Shown here: positions 1-14,625 of the stretch, in pieces | Layout: every line of letters starts with the position of its first letter | Numbering within the stretch: the stretch's first letter is position 1 | Source of the DNA: the human T2T-CHM13v2.0 reference genome, Homo sapiens | NCBI RefSeq assembly: GCF_009914755.1 | Contig: NC_060940.1 | Reading direction: 5' to 3' (one strand) | Length of the DNA: 64,000 nt | The notes under the pieces: model-generated | Databases searched by the model: none | The model's input: only the letters and a program-made list of their open reading frames with translations | What the model was told of the DNA's origin: nothing | Program-made: the position numbers and the translations under genes

Positions 1-419
1 AGAGAGAAGCACTTGTGTAGTGGTTGGAAGTGATTGGTCCTGAAAATCGTTCTGATGTTTCTCTAATAATCAGGAAAGCTCCAGAGGTGAATTAAGAGAC
101 GCAACGCATCATGGCCTTTATGCATAAATTACTGAGGAAATAATACAGGTCCCAGGACTTCTTCTGGTGGATCCCTGAAGGTGTGCAAAGTTGTGCATAC
201 AGATTGATTCAGCTTGTAATCATTGTCCTTCTCTTTATAAGCTTAAGTATCCTTTTCATTAAATGTCTCATGGGTGACACAATACACAAGTCAAAAGCCA
301 AGTCTCAACAGATGGTCAGCTGTTCCTAAACGAACAAAAGGTGACTGAATGAGAAACAGACTCATATTATTCAGAAAAAAAAGAATACATTTTCTTCCAT
401 TGAGCAAGAAGGGGGATTC
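1..419 (+). pseudogene. ERV1 internal remnant: decayed env TM subunit plus polypurine tract
   Basis: Bases 2-40 translate ERSTCVVVGSDWS, a decayed CX6CC motif (tgt..tgg tcc). Bases 159-275 translate FFWWIPEGVQSCAYRLIQLVIIVLLFISLSILFIKCLMG, a Trp-rich segment plus membrane anchor. Purine tract gagcaagaaggggga lies just before the LTR's TG at 420. Confidence 0.65.
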
Positions 420-851
420 TGTCAAAAATTCTTTGCTTGACCTAAATTTATTTAGGCTTCTAAATTTTCTCTAAGGCTCATTTGTACACGTTCTTGTAAA
501 ATTCAGTATAGCAAATAACCTTGCTACCATGAACCTCTGCCTTTGGTACATGATAACCCTCACACCTGATAAAATCTTCCCACCCTTGGTATCTGATCAC
601 GCTAGCCTGCCTTCAGCAGGAATCCTATTTGGTTGGTTTAGCAAGAATTTCCACTGGATTTAATATTTGTTCTTTGTAATTTTTCATCCACCAACTCCTC
701 TGCTTCTGAACTATAAATCCCCAGTTGTTTCTGCTATACTTGGCATGGAGGCCAGTTCTGTGCTGGGGTCTCTCTGTCCCTATGACAATAGTCAAAAATA
801 AAATGGGTTTACTCCACTTTAACTTCTGTCCAACACTGATTTTCTTTGACA
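420..851 (+). mobile_element. ERV1 LTR, MER67/MER31-like (3' LTR)
   Basis: Termini TGTCAAA...TTCTTTGACA. Internal motifs gcctgccttcagcaggaatcct and tttagcaagaat. TATAAA at 712-717 and AATAAA at 797-802. Confidence 0.8.
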
Positions 852-959
852 CAATCCAGTTCAACTATCGATCTCCAGAATTAGCAGTCATCTTTCTATG
901 ATGAATGAAATGTTTTCTAGTATTTTGACAGATGGTATTTATTAAATAATTCTTTCTTT

Positions 960-1300
960 ATGGAATAATTTAGATTATTGTCTTTTTTCTTGTATTATTC
1001 ATAATGCTGCATGAAGCAATTCATTAATGTAGTTTCTGCTTCTGTTGAAATATATATTTAAGATAAATGAAAATAGTGAAATAACTTGATGGATGGTTAG
1101 AAACATCATTATAGTTCTTGCTACAAACTACAATATTGCTTTACAAAGGAATGTAATAGTTTAAATGCTACAGCCAGTAAATGAATGTACCAGTCTGTCA
1201 CATCACCAATATTGGGTGACATTTTGAAATAACTATTTTTTTAGGTATGAGACAATGCAACTCTGTAATTTCAGTTATTATTGCTGCTATAGATGCATAT
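960..1300 (-). mobile_element. Old L1M(E)-like fragment
   Basis: Degenerate match to the antisense L1 ORF2 3' end (ataatgctgcatgaag..., caatattgctttacaaagg...). Confidence 0.45.
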
Positions 1301-3012
1301 TTTCTTGCTGTAGTTCTTTTTATGGAATATCTTAAGATTTATACATTTATATAGAAAAGAAAATCAATTAAAGAATAAATAACAATGTGAGGCAAATTAT
1401 GGTTAACACAAACAAGATAACTACAATAAAGAGCAAAGTAGAGATATAACAAATTAGGCAATATAATTTGTCAAGGAGGTGAAAAATCTTTTCTTGGCAT
1501 GGCATTTAGCATAAAGTTGGCCAAAATAAGTAGTATAAATTTGTTCTATAAAATTTTGTTATTAATTTCAAACTTTCACAGAATGAATTGTTTTAATATT
1601 GCCTTTATAATTTATGTAGTTAATTTCATTTTTTAGCACAATCCGTCACATTTATGACAATTGAGAATGAAGGAATTATATTTGGGCAGTGGTAGCAGCA
1701 GTGAGTCATCATAATGCATTGAGATAAGTTCTGACCTGGAAATAGCACATTTGACCCATATTATTTTTCTCCTGCCCTCAGATGATACCTAAGCAGTGAG
1801 CAAGTGGTTTGAAATTAGGTTGAACGTTGGCATAGGGCATGATAAAGTTAGCTGTGTTAGGTTTGGATGAGCAGTTGTAATATCATGTAGAAGAATCTTA
1901 AACCTATGTGGAAAGCCCTGCTCTAACTACTATGCATGCCTCTAAGAGATTCAGATGTGATACTGTGTTTGAAAGTAAAGCACTATATCATAAGAACATA
2001 AAATTGTTCTTTCTATTTGCATCTCATCATCTTCTACATTAGGGGATAGTTTTGTCCATTTGTTCATCACAGAGAAATGCAAATTTTGTTCATTTCAGAG
2101 TAAAGTTATCTTTATATGTTCTACCAGTAAACACACCCTTTGTACAATCTGATTCTATGAAAGCGTTTCTCCATAAATAATTGTTGAAACAAATGGCTTT
2201 TCAACTCAGGAAATTACCATCACATCAGACAAGAATGCCCTTTGAAATGCTGTCATTTTAAATAAGACCTTAGAAATAGATGTTAAATAATACAATCTTT
2301 AAATGGAAGAAAAATATGTCTCCATTTTCCTGAAGGCTTCTGCTCATATATGAATGTGAACAGACATTTCCAGACAATATTATCAAAAGTTCATGAACAA
2401 TAATTGTAGTCTTTACTTGATTTCTCATTTTGCTAGTTTCTCTCAAGATTAAATGTGAAAAATGCGTCTAACATATATTTAATATACTACCCAGAAAGCA
2501 TTGTGGGAGACAGATTTTTAAAAATGCTGTTCAGAAGCAATTGAAGATGTACTACACAAAGAAGTAGAGATGATTATTAATTATTGTAAGATCTGCCATG
2601 AGAAATCCATGATTGAGGTTCTGCATATCAAGTACCAATATGGCAGGTGCTAGGTATACATACACTCTTTCTCACCGAGCTACACACACACACACATATT
2701 TATATATGTACATCTGTATATATGAATGCATATATATGTACACTTACATGATATCACACACGTATTATTTTTTAGTCTTTCACCTATTGATTTTCTTTAG
2801 GAATTACTATTCTCTACTAAGTTTTCTCACTAGGATTTCAGCCTTTCTAAATCTTTGTAGATTTATTTAAGTAGGGTTTTCTGTAAGTTAACAAAAATAT
2901 GATTTCCCTGGAAAAATCCATTTTTTAAAGGCAACTACAGGCATTTTCAAGATACGTTATACACTGACAAAGTATATTATAAACTTTTATTCTTATTTTA
3001 ACAATACCTTCA

Positions 3013-3750
3013 TTGCTTGAGGGGATATGGAGAAACGGGAACTCTTACACACACTGTTGGTGGGAATGTAAATTAGTATAGCCATTATGCACAACAATAT
3101 GGAGGCTCCTCAAAATTTTTGAAGTAAACACTATTGAGTATATTTCCAAAGGAAAATACAATTAATATGTCAAAGATCTATCTACACTCCTATGTTTGTT
3201 GCAGGTCTATTTAAAATAGCCAAGATAGGCCATCAACCTGTTTCCATCAATGGATGAATGGATAAAAATAAAGGAGTATACATACACAATGGAATAATAT
3301 TCAGCAATAAACAAGAATAAAATCTTTCCATGTGTGACAATGTAGATGAACCTAGCAGACATTAACTGAAATAAGCCAAGCACAGAGGATTAATACCACA
3401 TGATCTCACTAATATGTAGAATCTAAAAATGTTCATCTCATAGAAGTAGTGAATAGAATAGTTATCAGAGGTTGGGGATAAGAGAGAGATTGAGGGTTGA
3501 GGAGAGTGAAGGAGAGGTTTTCCAAGGATACGAAGTTATAGTAGGAGGAATAAGTTCTCATGCTCTTTCGCAAAGTAGGGTGATTGTAATTGACAATTCT
3601 GTATGCATATTTCAAAACAGCAGTAAGAGAGAATTTTGAATGTTCTCACCACAAAGAAAAAATCAATGTTTGAGATGATAGATATGTTAAATACCCTGAT
3701 TTGAACATAACACAATATATAGATGGATCAAAAATCACACTGTATCTACT
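3013..3750 (+). mobile_element. L1MA-like 3' fragment (ORF2 end plus 3' UTR)
   Basis: Motifs ggagaaacgggaactcttacacacactgttggtgggaatgtaaattagta, catcaatggatgaatggataaa and gttctcaccacaaagaaa. Confidence 0.85.
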
Positions 3751-4363
3751 AGGATATTATCTTCTTTTTTCCCTAAGTATCTCTTCTTTTCCCTGACCTA
3801 ATGTATATGTATATTCATACTCCAGTAGGATACACTGCGATACAGTGTGATGTTTGGATCCATGTATATACTGTATAATGATCAAATAAAGCTAAAAAAC
3901 AAATAAAATACATATTGTCATAGTGGAGAAAAAGAAAAAAAAATTACCACAATATTGACTGCCTAATTATGTCCCACTTTACATGACTTATCCTCAGGGC
4001 TACTTCCACTTCTTCCTTTAAGTTAGATTTATTTTTGTCATTTCATAATGATCAAGCAGAGCCCTCAGAAATCAAATGTTCAAACTCCAGCTAAAATGCA
4101 AGGAGCTATGAAATAAATATTGTTCAGTTTAACTGCAACGTTTACTACACGAAATTACATTCCCAAATGTAGAGACATGATCTCTTCCCTGACTTGAAGA
4201 AATAGAGGATATAAATGCACAGGTAAATAACACATAGTCTGAAATGATATGGTGTCACACTCACACTGTAATTGGCATCATGCTCACACTCCAATGCAGC
4301 TGGGCATTGATCATTTTTGCATCTTGAACTCTAGCAAAAATTTTATTTGAAAAATGGATTCCA

Positions 4364-4566
4364 CAACACACACTGGGGTCTATCAGAAGGTGGAGGGTGG
4401 GAGGAGGGAGAGGATGAGTAAAAATAATTAATGGGTGCTAGGCTTCATACCTGGGTGACAAAATAATCTGTACAACAAACCCCCATGACAGAAGTTTACC
4501 TATATAACAAACCTGCACCTGTACCCCTGAACAGAAAATAAAAGTTAAAAAAACAAACAAAAAAAA
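4364..4566 (+). mobile_element. Short 5'-truncated L1PA13-16/L1PB-like 3' end
   Basis: L1 3' UTR (gggtgacaaaataatctgtacaacaaacccccatgac) with A-tail. 15-bp TSD gaaaaatggattcca (4349-4363) and gaaaaatgtgttcca (4567-4581). Confidence 0.9.
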
Positions 4567-5619
4567 GAAAAATGTGTTCCATTGTTATAATCTACCAACC
4601 TACCAAATAGTGTTGGAAAACTGCTTGTTTACCTGTTTCTCTAAAATCCTTAAAATTACAATTTTTTTTCAATGGATGAATCTCTAGTTTGAATAGATGG
4701 TAAATGTTTTTCTAGATATTATTCTCTGAGGAGGCTGTCTTTCTAAAATATTTTTCGGTAAACAAAATGTTTATAGTTTAAATAAATGTGTACGTGTGGA
4801 GATAAAGTATGTGGTAGATACCATACATTTAGCCTCCCACTGCACATTTGTGTCTATCATAAAGAATAAAATATTTAATTATCTTCTCTTTTCCCTAATC
4901 TAATAATAAGAGCAGGCACATAAGAAAGTGCATTACAAGAAAACGTTTTAAAAACACACAAAGATGTGTGGTTTTATGTGTTTACTTATTTACTTACTTA
5001 TTTCTAAAATTTTAATGCTACACCTTTCTGCATTATGCTGAAAAAATAATCTTAGATTAGTCTGTAGTTTAGAAGTTTTTCCTACTCTTGGCTGTAATTT
5101 TAGTCCAACTAAAATAACGTTTTCTTCTCCAAGCTTTTTGTTGTGTTTTGTCCCAGTGGAAATTTTGATTTCCAAAATTAATTGTCTAATATTACTTCCA
5201 GATAGTGGGAGAGCTATACCATTGTAGTAATCTCACTGTTTATATATGTGGCAGAAAGTGACATGATATGCTCCTTAGTATTATGTTAAACATCAATTTT
5301 ATATTAAAAGAATGAGATTGGATGGAGATTATATGTACTACATTTCATTTTGTAGGGTCACTTAAGGAAAAGCCTGTCTTTGGTCAGTATCAGAAACAGT
5401 GGCAGCCATTTTGGAAGTTAGTAACAGAATTCATCATCCTAGCTATGAACTAAAATATACTCATGGCGATTACCTCATAGCATCCATTCTATGCAGGTAA
5501 TATAAAAGTTGCCGGGGATTTTGCTATATAATCCTCAATTCCTAGCCCTATGGGAGTTCAATGTAATTTTAATTATAAGGACAGCTGAATAAGGTACTAG
5601 AGAGAATTATGTCATATAA

Positions 5620-5960
5620 CACAGTCATGAAGACAATGTTGTGAAAACCCAGGCAGTTTGAGGGAAGACTTAAGTAGAAGAGATAAAAATTATGCTAAAA
5701 AATATAGGAACTTAGCTGATGAAGGAGAAGGGGATGGAGAGTCATAATTCAAAGGTATACAAGTATGCAAAGGCAAGGAAACAGGAGAAAGCAAAGTGGG
5801 ATTCAGGAATTGCTTTTAATTCAGCTTGGATGGACCACAGGGTCCTGGGGAAGAGAGACATCCATGAAGCTACAATGGTAGACAGGCTACAGATTTCCAA
5901 AGACTTTGATTCCAAGTCAAGATATTTAAAACACAATTTACAGTGTGAGATCCTTAGGAT
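5620..5960 (-). mobile_element. L2 fragment
   Basis: Degenerate antisense L2 (aagtatgcaaaggcaaggaaacaggagaaagc). Confidence 0.5.
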
Positions 5961-7469
5961 GGTATTAACAGAGTAGTAAAATATTTATACCAGATTTAAA
6001 CAAATAATACTCTGAAAATTATCTCTTACTGGCAAGACTACAGAAAATTTATATTTTCTTTTTGTAACTGTCTATTTCAGAATTTGAATACATATAAGAC
6101 ATAATCAAAACACTTTTTTAAAAAATAGAGAGGATACTGCTAGTGGCAGAAAGGGATAAAGAATTCAATGGCTGAGTGATTTCAGATATTTTCATCACTT
6201 GGGAGACGTTTTGTTTTTATTTTAGAAACATCAAATTTTGTAAGATTTTCTCAACCAAATTTCACTTTCAATGAAATATAAAGTCATGTTTTCCCATGTT
6301 AAATAAACAAAAATGGATATAAATATTATGTTAGCATCTAAACAATGACAGGAGAACTATTGTGATCAGACTTGTAGCAGAGATTAACTCAGGTGATATT
6401 TGTATTGGTGAACTCTATACTGATTATATTTATGGTTTCTTTTAAATATTTGAACATCTATATGTTAGCTTTTGAATGCTTGTTGTAAAGTTCGATTGCA
6501 CCACGGAGGGAATCATTGGCTAGAATGGATATAAAAGGCCTATTTAAGCATACAATATTACAATTCATAGAATCCATGAAAATTATACTAACATTAAAGT
6601 CATATGCCAAACACAAACAAAAACAAACATCAACTACATCAAAACAAAAGTAAAGTGTTCTTCTGATCAAATTCCAAGCTAGAAAAAATTGTTACGGAAT
6701 ATATTTATAGCATTTCATTTATAATACATGAAGAATTCATGAAGAAAGAGAGGCAGAATGTAAGGACTAGTGAAAATCTAAATATAGAAGACAATTTAAA
6801 AAATTTTCTGGTCACTGAAGAAAATGTTATATAATTGGAACTGCAGAACTTAGTATCACAGATAAAGGGAGCTTTAGGTTTCTGCTCTTTAAGGTTCTGG
6901 GCTTCTGTGATTCTTGTGCTACCATTATTTTCAAGTACTATTACTTATTCATTAATTATTTGATGAGCACCTAGTATGTACTAATAAAGGTTTTCTTGTG
7001 TGTTAAGTACAGTTAGGAATAGTTAGCCATATAGATGATTGGCTAATTGATTTTTTAAGACAGATATTATTTCAAAATCCCTGGAAGCCAAGCCTTAAAG
7101 ACAAGACCAGTCATGTACTAAAAGGGTCTCAGTTTGGCTCTGGAAAATTTACAAAAAATGTCTATAGTTGAAATGCAGGGAAACAAGTTCCAAGGATGAG
7201 TCTACATTCAAGGCATACTAACAAAATTAAAAGCACGAAGAGCTGGAGGGAGGTAGCTTCAATGACTTGGGCTTTATTTATTAATCACTGGCATGCTGAC
7301 TGTTTCTAACAGAATAGCCAAAAGTTAAGAAAAAAAAAATCTATGTACGTTTCCAAGATAGTCCCTAAAATCTGGGGCAAGCAGGAAGCATCATAGTGAT
7401 TGTAATCCATTGAATTCACTCCTTCTGAGAGTACCTACTGAGATCACTTTTTGACAAATCAAATTACAC

Positions 7470-7995
7470 TATTCCTCTACTTAGTTTCTTTCTAAAACTC
7501 CTTGTTAGCTTCAAAATCAATTTACTACCTTATTACATCTTAGAACATTTTTTTCACTGAATGCCTACTTATCTCTCTAGCCATACCTCTCATAGTTCCC
7601 CACATCTTACTGTTACCTCCTTTCAGCTCTAAAATTGTGTGTTCTGTCTGCTCTTAGACTTTACCCCATGCTGATCCTTCTGCCCAAGATACCCTTTATT
7701 TAGCTCATTCTACTCCAAGTATCCGCTTTGAAGGCATTTTCTTCAGGAAGCATTCCATGGTCCCCTATATCTGGGTTAGGTGTCTTTTCTATGAGCTGTC
7801 AAAGTACACTTACTACTGTGATGACATTTATTGATCACCCTCAATGATTAGATGCTCATCTATTTGATCCATTTAATTGTAAATTCCATAAGGACTGGAA
7901 TTTACAATTACATGAGACTTTTTTATTAGCAGTCACATTCACAGTGCTTTACAGAGAAGTCATTCAATGAGAATTTATGGAATGAGTGAATGAAA
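7470..7995 (+). mobile_element. L2 3' fragment
   Basis: Pyrimidine-rich body ending cacagtgc...caatgagaatttatggaatgagtgaatgaa, the typical L2 terminus. Confidence 0.65.
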
Positions 7996-9081
7996 TAATT
8001 AATGAATCAAGGAATTTGGGTAGCTAAGCTTGAGCCTAATGCATTCCTCTTAAAAAGAATTGGAGATAAGGAGCAAGAGAAAACAGAACAGAGGATTCCT
8101 TCTCTGCCAGTACCATCAAAACATTTCTCTACTTTTTATCAGATGCCTGTTTATAAGAATATAAGCTTAACCAGTAAGATAATTCCAACGGTTAATTTTG
8201 CTCCTTGGATCAAAAAGACTTCCAATTATCAGGGAGTTATTGATCATCAGCTTAAAACAAGATTTTGCAAAATACTCATCAGCAGTTGTCCTATATTTAT
8301 GGGTTCACTAAAAGGAAATATGCATATGAGTTTGGGATAGGAACAATGTATGCATAAATATAAAACTGACCTTTTTTCAATATTTTATTCATTTTTTCTC
8401 AACTACATAAAGTTTCATAAAAACAACTATTGCTTTTTGAAGCAAACTTTATAATCTCTGGCAACATAGTATGATAACAGACATATACTAATCTTTCTTT
8501 TATGAATATTATATTACAGGAGTTTAAACAGAATCTCATAGTGAGTTATATATATATATTACTATACCATATATACTACTATTACTATAATATACATAAA
8601 AGCATAAGATATGTTTCAAATTTATATTTATATTACAAAATATTTTCACGATTATAAGAGAAATGCATTATACATCCTGGAGTGTTTGGCTTATCACATA
8701 ATTGAATCCAAGAAACTTTATTCTGCCATAAGCTATGTGACTTTGGACAGAATATTAGGTCTCTTGTACCCAGTGGTTTTGTTCATAGGTGAGGGAATTG
8801 AACCATACAACCTGTTAAGTTGCTTTAGGTTGTATAATCCAACTACTTTGAAATGAGAGTTTATATAAATTGTTTGCTTCTCCATTATCATATATATTAT
8901 TTGTTCCTGAAAAATATTCATCTCCTCATCTATTGATTCATTTATTCATTCAACATTCACTATGTTGCTAGCATAGAGTATTATAGATGTAGCATCATAA
9001 CTAATACTACTATTATACTAGTAATGCTAGCACAACTGCTTCTATTCCTATTGCTACTACCAGTGCCAATAATGACCAACA

Positions 9082-9180
9082 ATTATTGGGCAGATAGCAT
9101 GTAAGTACTATCTAAATGATTTATATGTATTATTGGGTAGATAGCATGTAAGTACTAGCTAAAATGATTTATATGTATTA
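9082..9180. repeat. Tandem duplication, 47/48-bp unit x2, within a MIR-like fragment
   Basis: attattggg(c/t)agatagcatgtaagtacta(t/g)ctaaa(a)tgatttatatgt occurs twice. Confidence 0.9.
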
Positions 9181-9271
9181 ACACATTTAGCAGGATTATT
9201 TCTTTGTCAACATCCAGTACTAGTGTCTCAATGAAGGTGGGAGTTTAGACTGCCTAACAAGCCTTCCTTAG

Positions 9272-9780
<509 letters not shown>

Positions 9781-11576
9781 TAGGTTCAGATTTACAATAT
9801 ATGATCTTTACTGATATGTATCTTTAAGAAATCTGACTGTGGGGTCCTTTGAGATCTAGGGTATCTTCTAGAATAGGAAGCATATTCACAGAGTATAAAG
9901 AACGTTCCCAAAACACAAAATAAAAATTGATGCTTAGTATGTTCCTTAAGTCTAATGAAAAATAAATGAAGAAATAAAAAACAACAACAACAATAAGGTC
10001 GTCAAAAATATATTAGAGACACGTCTTCTCCTAAGGTAGAAAATAGAGCCAGTCATTGACAGAGATTGGGGCATCATGGCAAATGGAGAAGAACCACTGA
10101 TTTAAAGACAGGTTGTACATCTTAGCTAAGCATGGAACGCATTTGGGAGAAAGACCTGCATACCCAATGTAAAATGAAGGGTTTCGAGAAGAATACACAA
10201 GCCACATTTGATAACAACAATTAGTCATACTTCTATAGTCTTAAACATTTTCTGGTATTCTTAGTTTTAATATGAAGTATGATTTAGCATTATTTGACAA
10301 GAGGAGATGTTAACTGAATAAGCCCTTGGTTTAGAGCACTAAGATGTAACTTGTATGCTATATGCTTTTTGTCTTCCTTACTACTCATTTTAATTATTCA
10401 TTAGTCATATTAAGAGTGTCCTCATAATTTTGTTTGCATTTCCTTGTCATTTATAACATTGTTCCATGGGGGAAGTCCAACGCAAGTAAAACATTGTACA
10501 CATATTTTAATCAATACATCTTCATCTTCTTGATGGCTTGAATGCTCTTAATTAATAAAATCAACTTTTATTAAGATTTCAACAGTTCTAGTATTTGAAA
10601 AGCTAAATGGGGCATGTGAGATCTGAGGATATCATGTATAATCTTTAAGTATTATTTTTTCCAGATTCCTTATTAAAGCTACGCAGTTTTTAATATCACT
10701 TAGAAAGTGATTTTCTTTGAGAAATCTGAGTGGCACATGCTTGGTTTATTACTTACAAAATAGTGGCGTCATTAAAAATTTTATGTATTTGAGCAACCAA
10801 AAGTAAAATATAAAGGGAATGAAGTCAACTTTTTTTAAACCAAATAAGTAATACTATGGGATATTTGGGTTAGAAATAACTAACTAGCAAGACCAAAAAC
10901 AAACCAATTTATTCTCAATTTTGCCTTTTTCTGGGTGGAAGAATTTGGACATAACTAACCTCTTAGTGCTTCAGGGATGTTTTTAAAAATCAAAAATGAG
11001 TATTCTTTATTATGTGTACATTATTTGATTCTAATTTCTTGATTATGATGTTTTAACATTTTATTTTAAAAATAACTCATTTTTAGGCTTTCATAATTAT
11101 ACATTGGTATGAACCTTCTATAAATATAACAAAGATAATAAGCATCAAGATTTTGTAATGATTACATGATGAATTCGCATTTAGTATATTCAAAATAAAG
11201 CATTATGTGTGAAAGTGTTAAAAAAGTGAAATAAAAGAAATGTGTTTGACTGAGTAGGGGTAATAATTCTTACATCCTAAATTGATCTGGACATTAAATG
11301 TATGTATTTATATAAATATGTGTATGAAAAAAATTAAAATGCATAAAATACTCTGTAAATACGGGATATTTAAAATTTTCGCTCATACCTATCATAATGA
11401 AACAAAATATGGAATTCAAAATAGATAAATAAGACCAATTCATAATTTCATGTCATCACGTTTGGTAAAAGCTTCTCTCTCATTAAGCAGAATTCTTAAT
11501 TTCATATTCTGGTTTTTTTTTTGAGCAAATAAATGCGAGCTAACAGGTTTTTAGATAAAACTGTACATGCTGTTAG

Positions 11577-11870
<294 letters not shown>

Positions 11871-13324
11871 AAAAGTACCTCATATATTGAATCGGTGTTG
11901 ATCATTTAATTTCTTATTTTACACAAAATAAATGTATTGTTTCATTCTTCCAAATCTGGATCACTTTCCTTATATCTTTTTAAACAATTATTTTTCATTT
12001 CTTAAACTAACACTGCAAAAGATTATGATGCCATATGAAATACACCTGAAAATTATAGAAAACATATGACAACTGGACTTGAATTTAAAATCTCTCATTA
12101 TTTTCTTCATTGGAGAAACATAAGGGGTACATGTTGAAATGAGTGGGAAGAGAGTGGTAAAAAGAAATGTGTTTCATATTTCAGTGTGGGAAAAATTCTT
12201 TTAAATAAATATAAGGAGTTATCCTCAATGAAATTTTTAAAATCCAGTTCTTTGCAAAACTGAGTAAAAAAAAATGATTCCTTCATCTCAAAAACGGGTC
12301 TGTACCATTAAATCTTAAATTAATAGTAGGCTCTATTCTTTGCACCACCAGATCATACATGGTATACGCATGTGTGTGGGTGTGTGTGTGTGGCAGTGGT
12401 GGGGATGGGGGTGTGTGTTGTTGGCTTCTACAGGTTAGAAATGCAAAAATCACTTAATCCAGTGCTTATAGAGAAAAGTTAATTTGGAAAAGTTCTTTGA
12501 AGTTTTTGCCCTGAAGAACATTTCTTTATGTGTTAAATTTGCACTAATTCAGCAAGTGAAACATTGTTGGAGTCACTACTGTTCTCAAGGAGTTTATTGT
12601 TTCACAGGGGAATAAAATGTATATATAATAAGATGTATATATTATGATCTTGAACTTCTGAAAATTCAGTTCTGCAATGTTATGCAAGCTCTTGGATATT
12701 CTGCTTAATATTTATGAATTTTAGATTCTTTCTCTGCAACGTGCAATGAGAATAATATAAACATTCCTAATGGGGCTCCTGTGTCATGTTTTAACTGTAA
12801 TTAGCAAAACAAATTCACATGGTCTGGGATCAGCTACTCACATGCCTTTTTCTATCTTGAATGTCTTCTACAATTTAGTAGCCAAAAGCAGAAGAGGCTT
12901 TTGAACTAAAATTTGTTCACTTTTTGTGAACAGATTTTAAATAAATTAATTTACAAATAAGAGTTTGGGCTTAGACCCACAAGTGAATATGAGTGTTGAG
13001 ACTCCAACTGGGCAGGAGTATTGTTTTCTCTGACATCAGCTTTATGGTTTTCTAAAAATTATTACTCAACTATAAAACTCAGACAAACTTTAATGTAAAC
13101 TGCTTTCTTCTGAGATCCCTGGGCATGGAAGTGATTAATTCTGCAACTAGCCAATGATAGGGATTCAATTTCTCATCACTTTAGCCTGTAAGATCCAGCA
13201 GTGATTTTATAAACACACAAACATATAGCACGCAAACATTTACATACATACATATTTATTATATTTATATAGTATATTAACACTCTGCTTCAAATCTTCT
13301 CAATCAGAGGTATGTAAATTGCTG

Positions 13325-13541
13325 TAGGTAGACCTGCTCTGGTTTGTGAACATCTTATTACTAGTCCATAATAAGATAAATGTGAGTATGGAATGAATTT
13401 TGTGAGAATTTCTCACTACTACTCTAGTTTTATTTTAATTTTATTGGGTTTTGCAAGATTATCAGACTAACGTTAAATTGGAAATTACAAAACAAAACAG
13501 AAAACCACTTGCCCTTTACTGCGCATAGTTTGAGAAATACT
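13325..13541. mobile_element. hAT-Charlie family DNA transposon remnant (Charlie4-like)
   Basis: Ends gcatagtttgagaaatact. Internal ttactagtccataataagataa and ttggaaatt motifs. Confidence 0.45.
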
Positions 13542-13694
13542 ACTTTCACTTCTATGCAAAGGTCGAACCTATCTTTTGCTCTCTCTCTCACTTTTTCTCT
13601 TCTAATCTCCTTCTCCCCCAGCATGTAGTTAGCTGACCTCACTCTTGACCCTTCCAAACCTATTTCAGCTCTCTGAGTCCTCTGTGCACTTTGT

Positions 13695-13696
<2 letters not shown>

Positions 13697-13734
<38 letters not shown>
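13697..13734. repeat. (TG)19 microsatellite
   Basis: Read directly. Confidence 0.97.
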
Positions 13735-13736
<2 letters not shown>

Positions 13737-13739
13737 GAT

Positions 13740-14082
13740 GCCTGTCACACTCTTCCTAGAGACTGCCATGTCTGGCCATCAGACTGAATTGGTGACAATT
13801 CAGTCGAGAGACACCATGCTTCCCAAATTCCCTGACCTTGAGCTCACTTTTAATCACATCACCACAGTTTATTTTTTTTAATTGTACTCATCAGACTATG
13901 AATCTTCTCTTTTACTTACTTGTTTCCCTATTTATTTTCAGATTCTCCGATCTAGAAGAGAAGCTCCATGATAGGAAAAAATCTAGTATACTTTACTTGC
14001 TGTCTAATTTTAGAACCCAGAATAGGGGCTGTGAACATAATAGGTACTCAACAAATAATGGATAGGTGTTAAATATTGAATG
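13740..14082 (+). mobile_element. L2 3' fragment
   Basis: ctagaagagaagctccatga...acataataggtactcaacaaata. Confidence 0.55.
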
Positions 14083-14128
14083 TCTGTACAGTCTTAACAG
14101 TTGAAAGAGTAATTGCACATACATTAAA

Positions 14129-14251
14129 GAGCTGGGATTACAGGTGCCTGCCACTAGGCCTGGCTAATTTTTGCATTTTTAGTAGAGACGGGGTTTTGCC
14201 ATGTTGCCCAGGCTAGTCTCAAACTTCTGAGCTGAGGTGATCCACCTGCCT
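14129..14251 (-). mobile_element. Internal Alu fragment (no tail, no TSD)
   Basis: gctgggattacaggtgcc...gtagagacgggg...ggtgatccacctgcct. Confidence 0.9.
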
Positions 14252-14625
14252 AATTTCCCCTGAGACTTTAAAGTCTAATAGCATAATATATTTTGTGTTA
14301 GAACTTCTCTTGTTATTTAAACTATAGTTCAGCCTTCCACCCTCTCAGAGCCACCCCCAAGCATCCCAATGCACAGTGACCTCTGCAGTCTTTAGAAACC
14401 TCATTGTTCTGTTCTTCATTTGATGCTACACAAACACACCACTGCCTTCTTGCTTAGTGCTCAGGAAAAAGATTAAGTAGAACAGGTGCTGATGCAGGAA
14501 GGTCGTTTAAGAGGCTTTTGAAGGATAGCTATAGGCAATGTTTTGACTAAGTTAGACAATCTCAAAAAGCATATATGGTGGAGAGGCATATCCTTTCAAT
14601 TACAGTTGAGAAATGACATGCTATG

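Noticed and set aside
1637-1700. Possible exon bounded by ttttttag and gtgagt
   Set aside because: All three frames contain stops. Such motifs are common by chance and there is no transcript evidence.
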